Shown here piece after piece: positions 28,092-38,622 of a DNA stretch of 64,000 nt (position 1 is its first letter; the number at the start of each line of letters is the position of its first letter). The position numbers and the translations under genes were made by a program. Under the pieces are notes generated by a model. The model saw only the letters and a program-made list of their open reading frames with translations, was not told the origin of the DNA and did not search any database. This stretch comes from an uncultured Flavobacteriaceae bacterium (lineage in GTDB: Bacteria; Pseudomonadota; Alphaproteobacteria; UBA8366; Aestuariispiraceae). The stretch lies in contig CAYGSU010000004.1 in assembly GCA_964352715.1 (NCBI GenBank), positions 56,888-120,887 of the forward strand, in the 5' to 3' direction.

Positions 28092-28987
28092 CAGGATACA
28101 TCGCTTCTCTGCATCTCGTCGATCAGCCAGTCGCGGAAAACCTGCGCCGCGCCGGACAGGCTTCGGTGCGACGGGGTCAGCACGTAATAGGCTTCCGATT
28201 TCGGCCGCAGGGCATCCGAGAACGGCCGCACCAGGGTGCCGGAGGCTAGGTCCTGCGTCAGGGTAACGTTGTCGCCCATGGCGATCCCCAGACCGGCGCG
28301 CGCGGCGGCGAGCGTGTGGTTGAAGTCGGAAAAACACAGACGTCGGAACCGGCTCGACGCCTCCTGCCCCACCATGGCGAACCATTCGATCCAGTGGGTT
28401 TTCTCGACATCGTCCAGCAGGGTGAAGTGTTTCAGGTCAGCAGGCCGGCGGATCTTGCTGGGCCCGTTCAACAGAACCGGGCTGCACACCGGGAAAAACT
28501 CGATGTGCCGCAGAAGACGCAAATTGACGTCTGGCCAGCTCGGGCGGCCGAACAGGATGGCCAGATCGACGCTGGCGTCGCGGAAAGGGTTGGCGTGCAG
28601 CGCTGGCACGATGGTCAAGCTGATATCGGCAAACCGGGCGTTGAACCGGCCAAGCTTCTGTACCAGCCAGTTGGTGACGAAGGCGGTTGCGCAGGCGACC
28701 TTCACACCGCCGACGACATCGCCCCGGCGGACATTCCGCACGGCGACCGACAGATTGTCGAATGTCTGGGACAACTGGTCGAACAGCGTCTGGCCTTCCG
28801 GCGTCAGAACCATGCCGCCCTGGCCGCGCACGCTGACCGTTCGGCCAAGATGTTCTTCCAGCAGCTTGATCTGCTTGCTGACAGCGCCCGGTGTGACGTT
28901 CAGTTCAGCCGCCGCAGCCGACAGATTCAGGTTGCGGCCAACGGCTTCGAAAGCCCGCAGGGCGTTCAGCGGCGGTAGAGACGTCAT
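28091..28987 (-). CDS. LysR-family transcriptional regulator
   Basis: Start ATG 28987 with GAGGAG upstream. HTH MTSLPPLNALRAFEAVGRNLNLSAAAAELNVTPGAVSKQIKLLE. Confidence 0.85.
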   Translation of the reverse strand: MTSLPPLNALRAFEAVGRNLNLSAAAAELNVTPGAVSKQIKLLEEHLGRTVSVRGQGGMVLTPEGQTLFDQLSQTFDNLSVAVRNVRRGDVVGGVKVACATAFVTNWLVQKLGRFNARFADISLTIVPALHANPFRDASVDLAILFGRPSWPDVNLRLLRHIEFFPVCSPVLLNGPSKIRRPADLKHFTLLDDVEKTHWIEWFAMVGQEASSRFRRLCFSDFNHTLAAARAGLGIAMGDNVTLTQDLASGTLVRPFSDALRPKSEAYYVLTPSHRSLSGAAQVFRDWLIDEMQRSDVS

Positions 28988-29137
28988 GCGTGGCTCCTCA
29001 GGTGAGTGCTGAATATAGTGTGTACCGATTTTACAAAAACTCAAAGTATGCAGGAATATTATTCCTTAGGGAGAAAAATTTTCTTCTTTTACAATGCCAT
29101 CGCCTATCAGGACAATAATCCACAGGGAGACCAGAAA

Positions 29138-30688
29138 ATGTCCATGTTTGACTTTACACGCCGTGGCCTTCTGCGGGCTGGCGCTGCTGCCGGTATGGCT
29201 GCGGGGCTGCCAGTCATCTCGGCCAGGGCAGCGACGCCCAAAAAGGGCGGCACGCTGCGGATGGGGAACAGCACCGGTTCAACGTCGGATGTTCTGGATC
29301 CGTCGCTGGCGGGCGATCCGTTCACCATTCCGATGGTCTACGGCTATGCCAACAATCTGACAGAAATCGGCGCGGACGGAAGCCTGAAGCCGGAACTCGC
29401 CGAAAGCTGGGAAGCAACGAACAAGGCGTCGGTCTGGACGTTCCAGATTCGCAAGGGCGTCGAATTCCACAACGGCAAGACCCTGGATGCGGACGATGTC
29501 GTCGCGACGTTCAATTACCATCGCGGTGAAGACTCCAAATCCAAGGTGAAGAGCATTGCAAACACCATCAAGTCCGTAACCGCCGACGGCAAGAATACGG
29601 TCGTATTCGAACTCACCAGCGGCAATGCGGACTTCGCTTACATCGTCAGCGATTATCACTTCGCGATTTTGCCGTCCAAAGACGGCGGGGTCGATGCGCT
29701 GGGGGGTATCGGCACCGGGCCGTATGCGGTCGATCTGTTCGATCCGGGTGTCCGCATTGAAATGACGCGCAATCCTAACTACTGGAAATCGGATGCCGCG
29801 TATTTCGACGCAGTCAATATGCTGGTGATTACGGATACCACGGCGCGGACGAATGCATTGACGACAGGTGAAGTCGACATGATGGACCGTGTCGAACTGA
29901 AGACCGCCAGCCTGCTAGGCAAGAACCCCAATCTCGTTGTTGAGGAAAAAACAGGGACACAGCATTACACCCTGCCGATGCGGTGCGATACGGCACCGTT
30001 CGGCGACGTTAATGTGCGAATGGCGCTGAAGCTTCTGGTCGACCGGGAAGCGATGCTGAAAACAGTTCTGCGCGGCCATGGCGCCGTCGGTAACGATCAT
30101 CCGATCTCGCCGGCAAACCAGTATTTCGATGCCAGCATTCCGCAGCGTGTCTACGACCCCGAAAAGGCGAAGTACCATCTGAAACAGGCCGGCCTCGATT
30201 CGCTGACGGTGAAATTGCACGTGTCGGACGCGGGTTTTGTCGGCGCTGTCGATGCCGCGGTTCTGCTGGCCGAATCGGCCAAGAAAGCCAATGTTTCGAT
30301 TGAAATCGTCCGCGAGCCGGCCGACGGATACTGGGACCAGGTGTGGATGCAGAAACCATGGACGGCGTCATACTGGGGCGGGCGTCCGACCGAAGACTGG
30401 ATGTTTTCCACGGCCTACGATTCCAACGCGGCGTGGAATGAATCCTTCTGGAAAAACGAACGGTTCGACAAGTTGCTGCTGGAAGCCCGCGTCGAGCTCG
30501 ACCGGGCCAAGCGTGCCGACATGTACGGTGAAATGCAGCGTCTGGTTCGTGATGACGGCGGCGCCATCGTGCCGATCTTCGCGAACTATGTCTGGGCGAC
30601 CTCAACCAAGATCGCGCATGACAGTCAGGTTGCATCGAACTGGGATATGGACGGCTCCAAGTTCATGGAACGCTGGTGGTTTGCCTGA
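29138..30688 (+). CDS. ABC transporter substrate-binding protein, family 5 (peptide/opine/nickel type), Tat leader
   Basis: Start ATG 29138 (MSMFDFTRRGLLRAGAAAGMAAGLPVISARA). No adjacent permease or ATPase genes. Confidence 0.8.
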   Translation: MSMFDFTRRGLLRAGAAAGMAAGLPVISARAATPKKGGTLRMGNSTGSTSDVLDPSLAGDPFTIPMVYGYANNLTEIGADGSLKPELAESWEATNKASVWTFQIRKGVEFHNGKTLDADDVVATFNYHRGEDSKSKVKSIANTIKSVTADGKNTVVFELTSGNADFAYIVSDYHFAILPSKDGGVDALGGIGTGPYAVDLFDPGVRIEMTRNPNYWKSDAAYFDAVNMLVITDTTARTNALTTGEVDMMDRVELKTASLLGKNPNLVVEEKTGTQHYTLPMRCDTAPFGDVNVRMALKLLVDREAMLKTVLRGHGAVGNDHPISPANQYFDASIPQRVYDPEKAKYHLKQAGLDSLTVKLHVSDAGFVGAVDAAVLLAESAKKANVSIEIVREPADGYWDQVWMQKPWTASYWGGRPTEDWMFSTAYDSNAAWNESFWKNERFDKLLLEARVELDRAKRADMYGEMQRLVRDDGGAIVPIFANYVWATSTKIAHDSQVASNWDMDGSKFMERWWFA

Positions 30689-30730
30689 CCGGGAAATTCC
30701 TGACCTTGCAACCGTCCCTGTGACTGTTCC

Positions 30731-30760
30731 GGGGGGCATCTTCGGATGCCCCCGTTTTTT
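30731..30760 (+). terminator. rho-independent terminator
   Basis: GGGGGCATC-TTCG-GATGCCCCC followed by GTTTTTT. Confidence 0.85.
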
Positions 30761-30806
30761 CCCGGATGGGTGTTGCTGTAAACTTCAAAACTGACGGAGC
30801 AATATT

Positions 30807-31841
30807 ATGAGTGCCGCGCCGGATAACGATCCGACCAAACCGAAGTCGAAGAACAGGGATATCTATTCGGCGACCATGAAGCTGTTCGGCTCGCAGCCGG
30901 AACCGGCTTTCGATCATCCGGACCGGATGAAAACGGTGTGGGGCCGCGAATGGGGTTGCGACAACGATGTCGGCCAGATCCGCACTGTGATGGTTCATCG
31001 GCCAGGGCCGGAATTCGGTGTCATCGACCCGTCGAAATATATCGAGGAAACCGGCGGTTTCGGCGATGTCGAATCCGGCTGGTACTGGCAGTCGGAGGAA
31101 ATACCGCCGCTTGAGGAAATGCAGGCACAACATGATGGCATGGTGCAGGCGCTGAAGGATGATGGGATTCAGGTCATCTATCTTGAAGGTGTCGAAGGCA
31201 ACCGGTTCAAATCCTGCTACACGCGTGATTCCTCATTTGCCGTAAAGGGTGGGGCGATCGTCAACCGGCTTGCCCCCCGGCTGCGGCATGGAGAGGAGCG
31301 GGATGTCAGCCGGACACTCGCCAATCTCGGCGTGCCGATCCTCGCCACGATCACCGGCACCGGCATGATGGAAGGGGGCAGTTTCGCCTGGCTGAATTCC
31401 AAAACCGCCGTGGTTGGCCGGGGCATCCGCGTCAACGACGAGGCTATCGAACAATTGTCGGAGGTCCTGCGCCGGCAGGGGGTGGATCTGCTTGTCGTCG
31501 ATCTGCCCGGCTACAGCATCCATATAGACGGTCATTTCGTGATGGTCGATGTCGATCTCGCGCTGGTCGACCCGCGCGGCCTTTCCTACACGTTCCTTCA
31601 GAAACTGAAGGAACTTGGTATCCGCACAGTCGAAATCACGCCGGACGACAATTCGTGGATCATCAACGGGCTTGCGCTCCGCCCCGGAAAGTATCTGATG
31701 CCGCATGGTATTTCGGACCGAACCCGCGATGAGCTTATGCAGCAGGGTCTGGAATTGATCGAGATTCCGTATGACAAGATGCAGCTCAACGGTGGCGGCA
31801 TCCACTGTTCCACCTGCCCGCTCATTCGCGACAAGGTCTGA
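30807..31841 (+). CDS. amidinotransferase / dimethylarginine dimethylaminohydrolase / arginine deiminase-superfamily enzyme
   Basis: 344 aa with a C-terminal nucleophile motif GGGIHCSTCPL, typical of guanidino-group-modifying enzymes. Confidence 0.7.
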   Translation: MSAAPDNDPTKPKSKNRDIYSATMKLFGSQPEPAFDHPDRMKTVWGREWGCDNDVGQIRTVMVHRPGPEFGVIDPSKYIEETGGFGDVESGWYWQSEEIPPLEEMQAQHDGMVQALKDDGIQVIYLEGVEGNRFKSCYTRDSSFAVKGGAIVNRLAPRLRHGEERDVSRTLANLGVPILATITGTGMMEGGSFAWLNSKTAVVGRGIRVNDEAIEQLSEVLRRQGVDLLVVDLPGYSIHIDGHFVMVDVDLALVDPRGLSYTFLQKLKELGIRTVEITPDDNSWIINGLALRPGKYLMPHGISDRTRDELMQQGLELIEIPYDKMQLNGGGIHCSTCPLIRDKV

Positions 31842-31939
31842 ACATCACGCCGGAAGTCCGTCAGTCCCACGGGCGAAATCTTTCAGATTGCTGTATAATT
31901 GCCTTTGCACCATGTCGTATCGCATGATGCAGGTGCAAA

Positions 31940-33478
31940 ATGGCGTGTGATCTGATGAAAAAGAACGCAGACCTCAAGAGCCGGCTAACGCCCGACATGC
32001 TGATGCAGCTCGTCGCTGATGTCGGCGTCGGTGTCTATGTGACGGATAGCGAAGGCACGGTCGTCTACGCAAACGCCACGCTTGCGGATATGATGGGGTA
32101 TGACACACCCGACGGGCTGATCGGTATCAAGTCGGGCTCAAGAAAGCATTATGTCGATTCCTCCGATCACGAGCGGATCAGAAGAACAAACGATTCCGGC
32201 GAAACGGTATCCGGCCGGGTCTGGCAGGCGCGTCGTTGTGATGACTCGACCTTCTGGGCAAGCGAGCACGCCAATCCGATCAGGGATGATGACGGTTCAG
32301 CAATCGGCTATTTCGGCACGATTGTCGATGCCAGCGATCTTATCGAGACCCAGGAGAAACTGGCCGAAGCTGAATCCAGCTACCGGCGCATATTCGAACG
32401 GGTGACGGAAGGCATTTACCGGTCCTCGCTGGATGGCAAGCAGTTGCGGTCCAACCCGGCCCTCTACAAACTTAATGGCTATAATTCCGAGGAAGAACAT
32501 CTGAACGCGGTTAAAGACATCGCGACGGAATGGTATGTCGATCCCGGTCGGCGGACGGAGTTCGAGAAACGGCTCGAACGGGACGGCAGCGTGGAAAACT
32601 TTGAGAGCGAAATTTACTGCCACGGGTCGCGCAAGCGGATATGGATTTCGGAAAACGCCTATCTGGTGCGTGATGCCGCCGGCAATCCGCTCTACTACGA
32701 AGGAACCGTTCGCGACATTACCGACCAGAAGGCTGTGAACAGCCATATCAGACAGGCGCTGGAGCGCGCGGAAGCCGCCAATCGGGCGAAGACGGATTTT
32801 CTGGCGCATATGAGCCATGAATTGCGAACGCCGCTGAATGCGATCATCGGGTTCTCCGATCTTCTAAGTCAGACCGCCGCCACCTTGCCGACAGAAAAAG
32901 TGCAGGAATACGCAACCGATATTCTAAAAAGCGGTTCGTATCTGCTTGAACTGATCAACGATGTTCTCGACCTGTCGCGCATCGAAAGCGGTGGCCTCCG
33001 CCTTGAAAGATCAAGCATAGACCTGAAGGAGTGTCTTTCGGCCTCGCTGGAAACCATCCGACCGATGGCCGAGGAACGCGGTCTTGCGCTGGAATGCGGT
33101 TGCGAAAGCAACTGCATGATCGAGGCAGACAAGCGTGCCGTTCAGCAATGTCTGCTCAATCTGCTGTCGAACGCGGTGAAATTCTCCCCTCAGGGTTCGA
33201 CAGTAACGATCGGGCTCGACCGGCCGGAGCCACAGCGCGTGCGGCTCAGCGTAAAGAACGACGGGTCGGGCTTTCCGCAGTCCACCCTGGATCATCTGGG
33301 CGAGCCGTTTGTTTCCTCCAAGGCGGCCGTGCCTTTCAGCAAACAGTCCGGCACCGGCCTTGGCCTGGCGATCACCCATTCCCTGATGGTCCGGATGGAC
33401 GGTACGCTTGAGGCGGAAAATCTGCCCGGCGGTGGAGCGGCTGTTTGTCTGACATTCAGGGAAGCATCGGAAACCTGA
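31940..33478 (+). CDS. PAS-domain sensor histidine kinase (cytoplasmic, orphan)
   Basis: Two PAS modules, H-box FLAHMSHELRTPLNAI, N-box LLNLLSNAVKF and G-box GTGLGLAI. Confidence 0.85.
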   Translation: MACDLMKKNADLKSRLTPDMLMQLVADVGVGVYVTDSEGTVVYANATLADMMGYDTPDGLIGIKSGSRKHYVDSSDHERIRRTNDSGETVSGRVWQARRCDDSTFWASEHANPIRDDDGSAIGYFGTIVDASDLIETQEKLAEAESSYRRIFERVTEGIYRSSLDGKQLRSNPALYKLNGYNSEEEHLNAVKDIATEWYVDPGRRTEFEKRLERDGSVENFESEIYCHGSRKRIWISENAYLVRDAAGNPLYYEGTVRDITDQKAVNSHIRQALERAEAANRAKTDFLAHMSHELRTPLNAIIGFSDLLSQTAATLPTEKVQEYATDILKSGSYLLELINDVLDLSRIESGGLRLERSSIDLKECLSASLETIRPMAEERGLALECGCESNCMIEADKRAVQQCLLNLLSNAVKFSPQGSTVTIGLDRPEPQRVRLSVKNDGSGFPQSTLDHLGEPFVSSKAAVPFSKQSGTGLGLAITHSLMVRMDGTLEAENLPGGGAAVCLTFREASET

Positions 33479-33590
33479 CCTTCGGTCGCTGGCTTTTTGG
33501 CCAAAAACAGGAGAAATTTCATAGACTTTCCCGTTCTGCCGGACTAGGGGTACTGTCGTTTGCGACGTGTTGAACGGTTAACTGGTTCCC

Positions 33591-34241
33591 ATGCCGGCCA
33601 AAAAAACAGAATGGCGGAGATGGAATGTGACGATTCATCTTTATAAAAATGATTTGCCGGAAGATCTGGTTCTGGATGGCGATATAGCCGTCGATACGGA
33701 AACACAGGGGCTGAACCTGCATCGCGACCGGCTGTGCCTGATACAGATTTCGACCGGCGATGGCGTCTGCCATATGGTTCATTTTCCGGACGCGACATAT
33801 GACGCGCCGAACCTCAAAAAACTTCTGGCCGACCCGCAGCGCCGGAAAATCCTGCATTTCGCCCGATTTGACGTCGCCATCGTGCAGCGCGATCTGGGCG
33901 TCACGATGACACCGCTTTTCTGTACGAAAATAGCCTCCAAGCTTGTCCGCACCTATACGGACCGCCATGGCCTTTCCAATCTGGTCAAGGAAATCCTGGA
34001 TGTTGACATGTCGAAGCAGCAGCAGTCGTCCGACTGGGCCAACCCTGACCTCAGCGAGGCCCAGTTGACCTATGCGGCAAGCGACGTTCTGTATCTGCAC
34101 CGGCTGCGCGACGCGCTGACCACCATGCTGGTTCGCGAAAACCGTCAGGACCTGGCGGAATCCTGTTTCGCGTTTCTTCCGGTCCGCACGGCGCTCGATC
34201 TCGCCGGCTGGGAAGATACCGACATTTTCGCACACTCCTAG
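33591..34241 (+). CDS. rnd: ribonuclease D-like 3'-5' exonuclease (short form)
   Basis: DEDD motifs AVDTETQGL, HFARFDV and YAASDVLYL. It occupies the conserved position upstream of kdsD-lptCAB. Confidence 0.8.
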   Translation: MPAKKTEWRRWNVTIHLYKNDLPEDLVLDGDIAVDTETQGLNLHRDRLCLIQISTGDGVCHMVHFPDATYDAPNLKKLLADPQRRKILHFARFDVAIVQRDLGVTMTPLFCTKIASKLVRTYTDRHGLSNLVKEILDVDMSKQQQSSDWANPDLSEAQLTYAASDVLYLHRLRDALTTMLVRENRQDLAESCFAFLPVRTALDLAGWEDTDIFAHS

Positions 34242-34326
34242 GGCGGCAACGACGCGGTTGAATAAAGGCTGAATCCGTTGGCGATTCAGCATAAGCTGCC
34301 CCCGGAACCTGTGAAGGGAGAACTTT

Positions 34327-35337
34327 GTGGAAACGGCGAAACATTCCCTCGCCGCCGGGGCATTTAGCGGCGATGCTGCGGCGCCGGACGATATCGAGGC
34401 GGCGCGGCGGGTGCTGAAATTGCAGTGCGACGCGCTGTCGGCGCTGGCGAATGGTCTGGACGGCAAATTTACGGCGGCTGTCGAAATCCTGATCGGCATC
34501 AAGGGGCGGGTTACCGTCACCGGGATGGGCAAAAGCGGTCATATCGGGCGCAAGATCGCCGCGACGTTGTCCTCCACCGGCACACCCGCGCAGTTCGTTC
34601 ACCCCGGCGAGGCAAGCCACGGCGACATGGGAATGATCACCCAGGACGATGCGATTATAGCGTTGTCAAACTCCGGCGAAACCAAGGAACTCAGCGATAT
34701 CGTCAGCTATTCCCGGCGCTTTTCAATTCCGCTGATTGCCATCACCGGCGGGCGCGACAGTGCGCTTGTGAAAAACGCGGATGTTGCGTTGCTGCTGCCC
34801 GATATGCCGGAAGCCGGCACCCTTGCCCTTGCGCCGACCACGACAACAACCATGACGCTGGCGCTCGGCGACGCGCTGGCGGTCGCCCTGCTGGAACGCA
34901 ACAAGGCCTTCACGGCGGAAGCCTTCCGGCTGTTCCATCCCGGCGGCAAGCTGGGCCAGCAACTGATGCAGGTGCGCGATCTGATGCATACGGGCGGCGA
35001 AATGCCGCTGGTGCCGCATGAGACTATGATGCGGGAAGCCTTGATAAACATGGCGGGCAAGCCATTTGGGACAATTGGCGTTGTCGATGAGAAGAGCCGG
35101 TTGCTTGGAATCATCACCGATGGCGATCTCAGGCGACATCTTCTGGAAGATGTCCTGAACGAACCTGTAACGGCGGTGATGACCAAAAAACCGATTGTCG
35201 CGCCGCCGGATTTGTTGGCGATGGAACTGCTGGCCATTTTCAACAAGAACAAGATCAACGCCGCCTTCATTGTCGAAGACGGCAAACCAATCGGTATTGT
35301 GCATGTTCATGACCTGCTACGGGCCGGCATTGCCTGA
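34327..35337 (+). CDS. kdsD: arabinose-5-phosphate isomerase (KpsF/GutQ/KdsD; SIS + CBS pair)
   Basis: SIS motif VTGMGKSGHIGRKIAATLSSTGTP and a C-terminal CBS pair. GTG start. Confidence 0.88.
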   Translation: METAKHSLAAGAFSGDAAAPDDIEAARRVLKLQCDALSALANGLDGKFTAAVEILIGIKGRVTVTGMGKSGHIGRKIAATLSSTGTPAQFVHPGEASHGDMGMITQDDAIIALSNSGETKELSDIVSYSRRFSIPLIAITGGRDSALVKNADVALLLPDMPEAGTLALAPTTTTTMTLALGDALAVALLERNKAFTAEAFRLFHPGGKLGQQLMQVRDLMHTGGEMPLVPHETMMREALINMAGKPFGTIGVVDEKSRLLGIITDGDLRRHLLEDVLNEPVTAVMTKKPIVAPPDLLAMELLAIFNKNKINAAFIVEDGKPIGIVHVHDLLRAGIA

Positions 35338-35362
35338 CCGTCGGCCGCACCGGCGCTGATTG

Positions 35363-36034
35363 ATGGCGACCGCTGAACCGACATCTTCACCGGCGAAACC
35401 GTCGCGCATACCACTAGGTGCGCGAAGCGGCAGTTTTAGCCCGACTTATGGGCGAATCGTAAATTTCCTGAAGATATTGCTGCCGACCCTGGCGGTCGTG
35501 CTGATCAGCCTTGTGGTTGCGTGGCCGCTGCTTGATGAACAGGTGAAACTGCTCAACCAGGCGCTGATGGATGCGGTCAAACCGACACCGGATTCAATGC
35601 AGATCACCAATGCGCGCTATGCCGGGCGGGACGACAAGAATCAGCCCTTCACGGTGACGGCGGAAACCATCCGCCAGCCCAACATCGACGAACCCTTTAT
35701 CGGTCTGACCCTGCCGAAGGCCGATATCATGATGGCGGATGAAACCTGGGCCGCCCTGACTGCTGTCGACGGCACCTATGACCGCGAGCTGCAGATTTTG
35801 ACGCTACAGGGCGATGTTAGTTTTTTTCATGATCTGGGTTATGAGTTCAAAACCCAAAGCGCCCGGGTCGATCTTCAGGCCGGCGGCGCTGCCGGTGACG
35901 AACCGATTTTCGGGCAGGGGCCGTTTGGGCTTGTAGAAGCACAGGGATTCCGCATCTATGAGCGCGGCGCGCGGGTCAGACTGCTCGGCAAATCGAAGCT
36001 CGTGATTTATCAGGATGTGGAGGATCAGCAATGA
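35363..36034 (+). CDS. lptC: LPS export system protein LptC
   Basis: N-terminal TM anchor (LLPTLAVVLISLVVAWPLL), size, and position between kdsD and lptA. Confidence 0.75.
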   Translation: MATAEPTSSPAKPSRIPLGARSGSFSPTYGRIVNFLKILLPTLAVVLISLVVAWPLLDEQVKLLNQALMDAVKPTPDSMQITNARYAGRDDKNQPFTVTAETIRQPNIDEPFIGLTLPKADIMMADETWAALTAVDGTYDRELQILTLQGDVSFFHDLGYEFKTQSARVDLQAGGAAGDEPIFGQGPFGLVEAQGFRIYERGARVRLLGKSKLVIYQDVEDQQ

Positions 36035-36831
36035 CATACCGCCGGATGGTTATGACGGTTGTCTGTCTTGCCGGTCTGCTGGGTGCGGTGGCGCTTCCGG
36101 CCGGCGCGCAGTCGATTGCGACCGGATCGAGCGATAACGGGCCGATTGAAATAGAAGCCGATGACGGCATCGAATGGCTGCGCGATTCCAAGCGGTATAT
36201 CGCCCGTGGCAATGCGACGGCCAGCCAGGGTGGCCTGACGGTTCGCTCCGATACGCTCACCGCCTTCTATCGGGGTGGCGAGAATGGCGAACGGCAGCAG
36301 ATTTTCCGCATGGATGCCGACCGGAATGTGGTCATTACTGCTGAAGACGCGGAAGCGACCGGCGACAAGGCTGTCTATCACGTTGATAAGCAGGTCGCTG
36401 TGCTGGTCGGTGAAAATCTTCAGCTTGTCACCAAGGAGGCCAGCATTACGGCAGAGGAATCACTGGAATTCTGGCAGGCGCGCAGTCTGGCGGTGGCGCG
36501 TGGCGAAGCGACAATCATTCAGAACGGCAACCGGCTCGTTGCCGGGGTGCTGACGGCCTATATCCAGGAAGGCGCGGACGGCAAACGGGCGGTGCAGCGC
36601 ATCGATGCTCTTGACGGCGTACATATTTCAACCGAAACCGAAATCGTACGGGGCCGGGAAGGCGTTTATGACGTACCAAAAGAAATAGCGACCGTTTGCG
36701 GTGATGTAAAAATCACACGCGGTGAAAACCAGTTGAACGGAAACTGTGCCGTTGTTGATATGAAAACAGGCCGATCAAAGATAACGGGCGGTGGAAGCAA
36801 AGTAAAAGGCCTGATATTAAGCACTGAGTAA
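36031..36831 (+). CDS. lptA: LPS transport periplasmic protein LptA (OstA-like)
   Basis: Signal peptide, OstA-like beta-jellyroll repeats, and an ATGA overlap with lptC. Confidence 0.8.
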   Translation: MTYRRMVMTVVCLAGLLGAVALPAGAQSIATGSSDNGPIEIEADDGIEWLRDSKRYIARGNATASQGGLTVRSDTLTAFYRGGENGERQQIFRMDADRNVVITAEDAEATGDKAVYHVDKQVAVLVGENLQLVTKEASITAEESLEFWQARSLAVARGEATIIQNGNRLVAGVLTAYIQEGADGKRAVQRIDALDGVHISTETEIVRGREGVYDVPKEIATVCGDVKITRGENQLNGNCAVVDMKTGRSKITGGGSKVKGLILSTE

Positions 36832-37022
36832 GCCCCTTTTATTTCGCCAACAGATCGAATGCCTTACCTATACAGTGCAATTTGATTGAATTGTTTGTTA
36901 TGCGGTGTCACTGCAATTTTCATTCCTTTTTCGCGATGCTTCTGTATGATTACAGCTGGAATGTTGAAAACCGGTAACCGGGCCCGCTTGCAGACAGAGC
37001 CGCTTGCGCAGGACCACCAGAT

Positions 37023-38609
37023 ATGACCGACGATCGAGACGACGATAAAAAGAGCCCTGACGACCGCCGTGAACCGCGATTGCCGTCTGCGTCCGGTCGC
37101 GAGGATCCCAGGCCGATCAAGCGGGGTGATTCCGCTGCGCCGCCGCTGCGCCCGTCCGCGGCGATGCGGACATATATGCGTCCCGCAAAACTTCAGCCGC
37201 GACTCGATCAGGAAGCCGAAAAGACCGCTGACACCCCCGAACAGAAACACCGAGTGGAAAAGCCGCAAGGCGAGCGCCTGACGGCTGACAAGCCATCCCG
37301 CGATGAAGCGCCGTCGCCGCGCGTGCAGCGCATGTCGGAACCGCGTGCGGCGAACGATAGCCAGACCGGCCCGACAGCGCCCCCGCCGCCGCTTCCTCCC
37401 TCCGTTGCCGGGGCAGAACCGCACCGGCCGAAACCCACAATGCGGGCTGACCCGCCCTCGACGACCAAGGAACAGGCTGCGGTACAACGGAATATTCGCA
37501 AACCGGAGGCGCAACAGCCCTCTGTGACAAGAACAACCGCCAGCCCGCCGGTGCCGTCGGCCGCGACGCGAACGCCCGATCAGCCATCGCCGCTGACAGA
37601 ACCGAAAGAACCAACCAAGCCGCCCGTGCCGCCGGCCGATCCGCCGGCCGCTGCAGAAGCGACGCCGCTGGAACCGAAACGGAAGAAGCCGGGTCTTGCA
37701 GCGCGCCTGTTTGGCCGGGGCAGGAAACTAAAGGCGGAACGCCTTAAAGCTGAAGCGCCATCTGGCGAAGCAAAGCCGGTTGCTGAAAATCCGGTGCGCA
37801 CAACCCTGCCGCCATCCGACACCAATGTCGAAGCGCTGCCGGCCCGGCCGGTCAAGGTCAAGCCGCAGCCGCGCCTGGTTCTTGAAAATGTTGGACTGGA
37901 AATCCGGTCGCTCGGCAAGCATTTCAAGAAACGGCCTGTTCTGCGGGATGTCTCGCTGCGGGTTCAGCGCGGCGAAGCGGTCGGTCTGCTGGGGCCGAAC
38001 GGCGCTGGTAAAACGACCTGCTTTTACATCGTGACCGGGCTGATTCCGGCCGATTACGGCGAAATTTTCCTTGATGGCCAGGACATCACGAGCCTGCCGA
38101 TGTATCGCCGTGCCCGCATGGGCATCGGCTATTTGCCACAGGAAGCGTCCATTTTCCGGGGCCTTACGGTGGAACAGAACATTCGGGCGGTGCTGGAGCT
38201 GGTTGAAAAAGACCTTGAGCGACGCGAAACCGCGCTCGAATCCCTGCTGGCGGAATTTTCGATCAGCCATCTACGGCGTACCCCGGCGATTGCACTGTCT
38301 GGCGGCGAACGCCGGCGTCTTGAAATTGCCCGTGCGCTCGCCAGCCAGCCGAATTTCATTCTGCTCGATGAACCTCTGGCAGGTATCGACCCGATTGCGG
38401 TTCGTGATATTCGCGATCTTGTCAGCCACCTCAAGGATCGCGGAATCGGTGTGCTTATTACCGACCACAATGTGCGCGAAACCCTGGAAATCGTCGACCG
38501 GGCTTACATTCTGCACGACGGCAATGTGTTGATGGAGGGGCCGCCGGCAGAAATCGTCGCCAATCAGGAAGTCCGGCGGGTTTACCTGGGCGATCGCTTT
38601 ACGCTTTGA
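37023..38609 (+). CDS. lptB: LPS export ABC ATPase LptB, in a frame carrying a Pro/Ala/Lys/Glu-rich N-terminal extension of about 284 codons (start uncertain)
   Basis: The ABC core begins near 37875 ([17 protein letters not shown]...[11 protein letters not shown]...[15 protein letters not shown]). The same frame is open back to ATG 37023. The only near-core start candidate is GTG 37794, which has no clear SD. Confidence 0.8.
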   Translation: MTDDRDDDKKSPDDRREPRLPSASGREDPRPIKRGDSAAPPLRPSAAMRTYMRPAKLQPRLDQEAEKTADTPEQKHRVEKPQGERLTADKPSRDEAPSPRVQRMSEPRAANDSQTGPTAPPPPLPPSVAGAEPHRPKPTMRADPPSTTKEQAAVQRNIRKPEAQQPSVTRTTASPPVPSAATRTPDQPSPLTEPKEPTKPPVPPADPPAAAEATPLEPKRKKPGLAARLFGRGRKLKAERLKAEAPSGEAKPVAENPVRTTLPPSDTNVEALPARPVKVKPQPRLVLENVGLEIRSLGKHFKKRPVLRDVSLRVQRGEAVGLLGPNGAGKTTCFYIVTGLIPADYGEIFLDGQDITSLPMYRRARMGIGYLPQEASIFRGLTVEQNIRAVLELVEKDLERRETALESLLAEFSISHLRRTPAIALSGGERRRLEIARALASQPNFILLDEPLAGIDPIAVRDIRDLVSHLKDRGIGVLITDHNVRETLEIVDRAYILHDGNVLMEGPPAEIVANQEVRRVYLGDRFTL

Positions 38610-38622
38610 GGCCGGGAATGCG

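Noticed and set aside
33494-33507. Palindrome TTTTTGGCCAAAAA after the PAS kinase gene
   Set aside because: It has no loop and an AT-rich stem, so it is not a credible intrinsic terminator.
33519-34532. 337-aa minus-strand ORF
   Set aside because: It is antisense to rnd and the start of kdsD, both of which have strong motifs. It is a shadow ORF.
36864-37614. Minus-strand ORFs of 216 and 165 aa opposite the lptB extension
   Set aside because: Their composition is extremely Arg/Gly/Ala-rich and they have no RBS. They are most likely mirror frames of the Pro-rich plus-strand frame.
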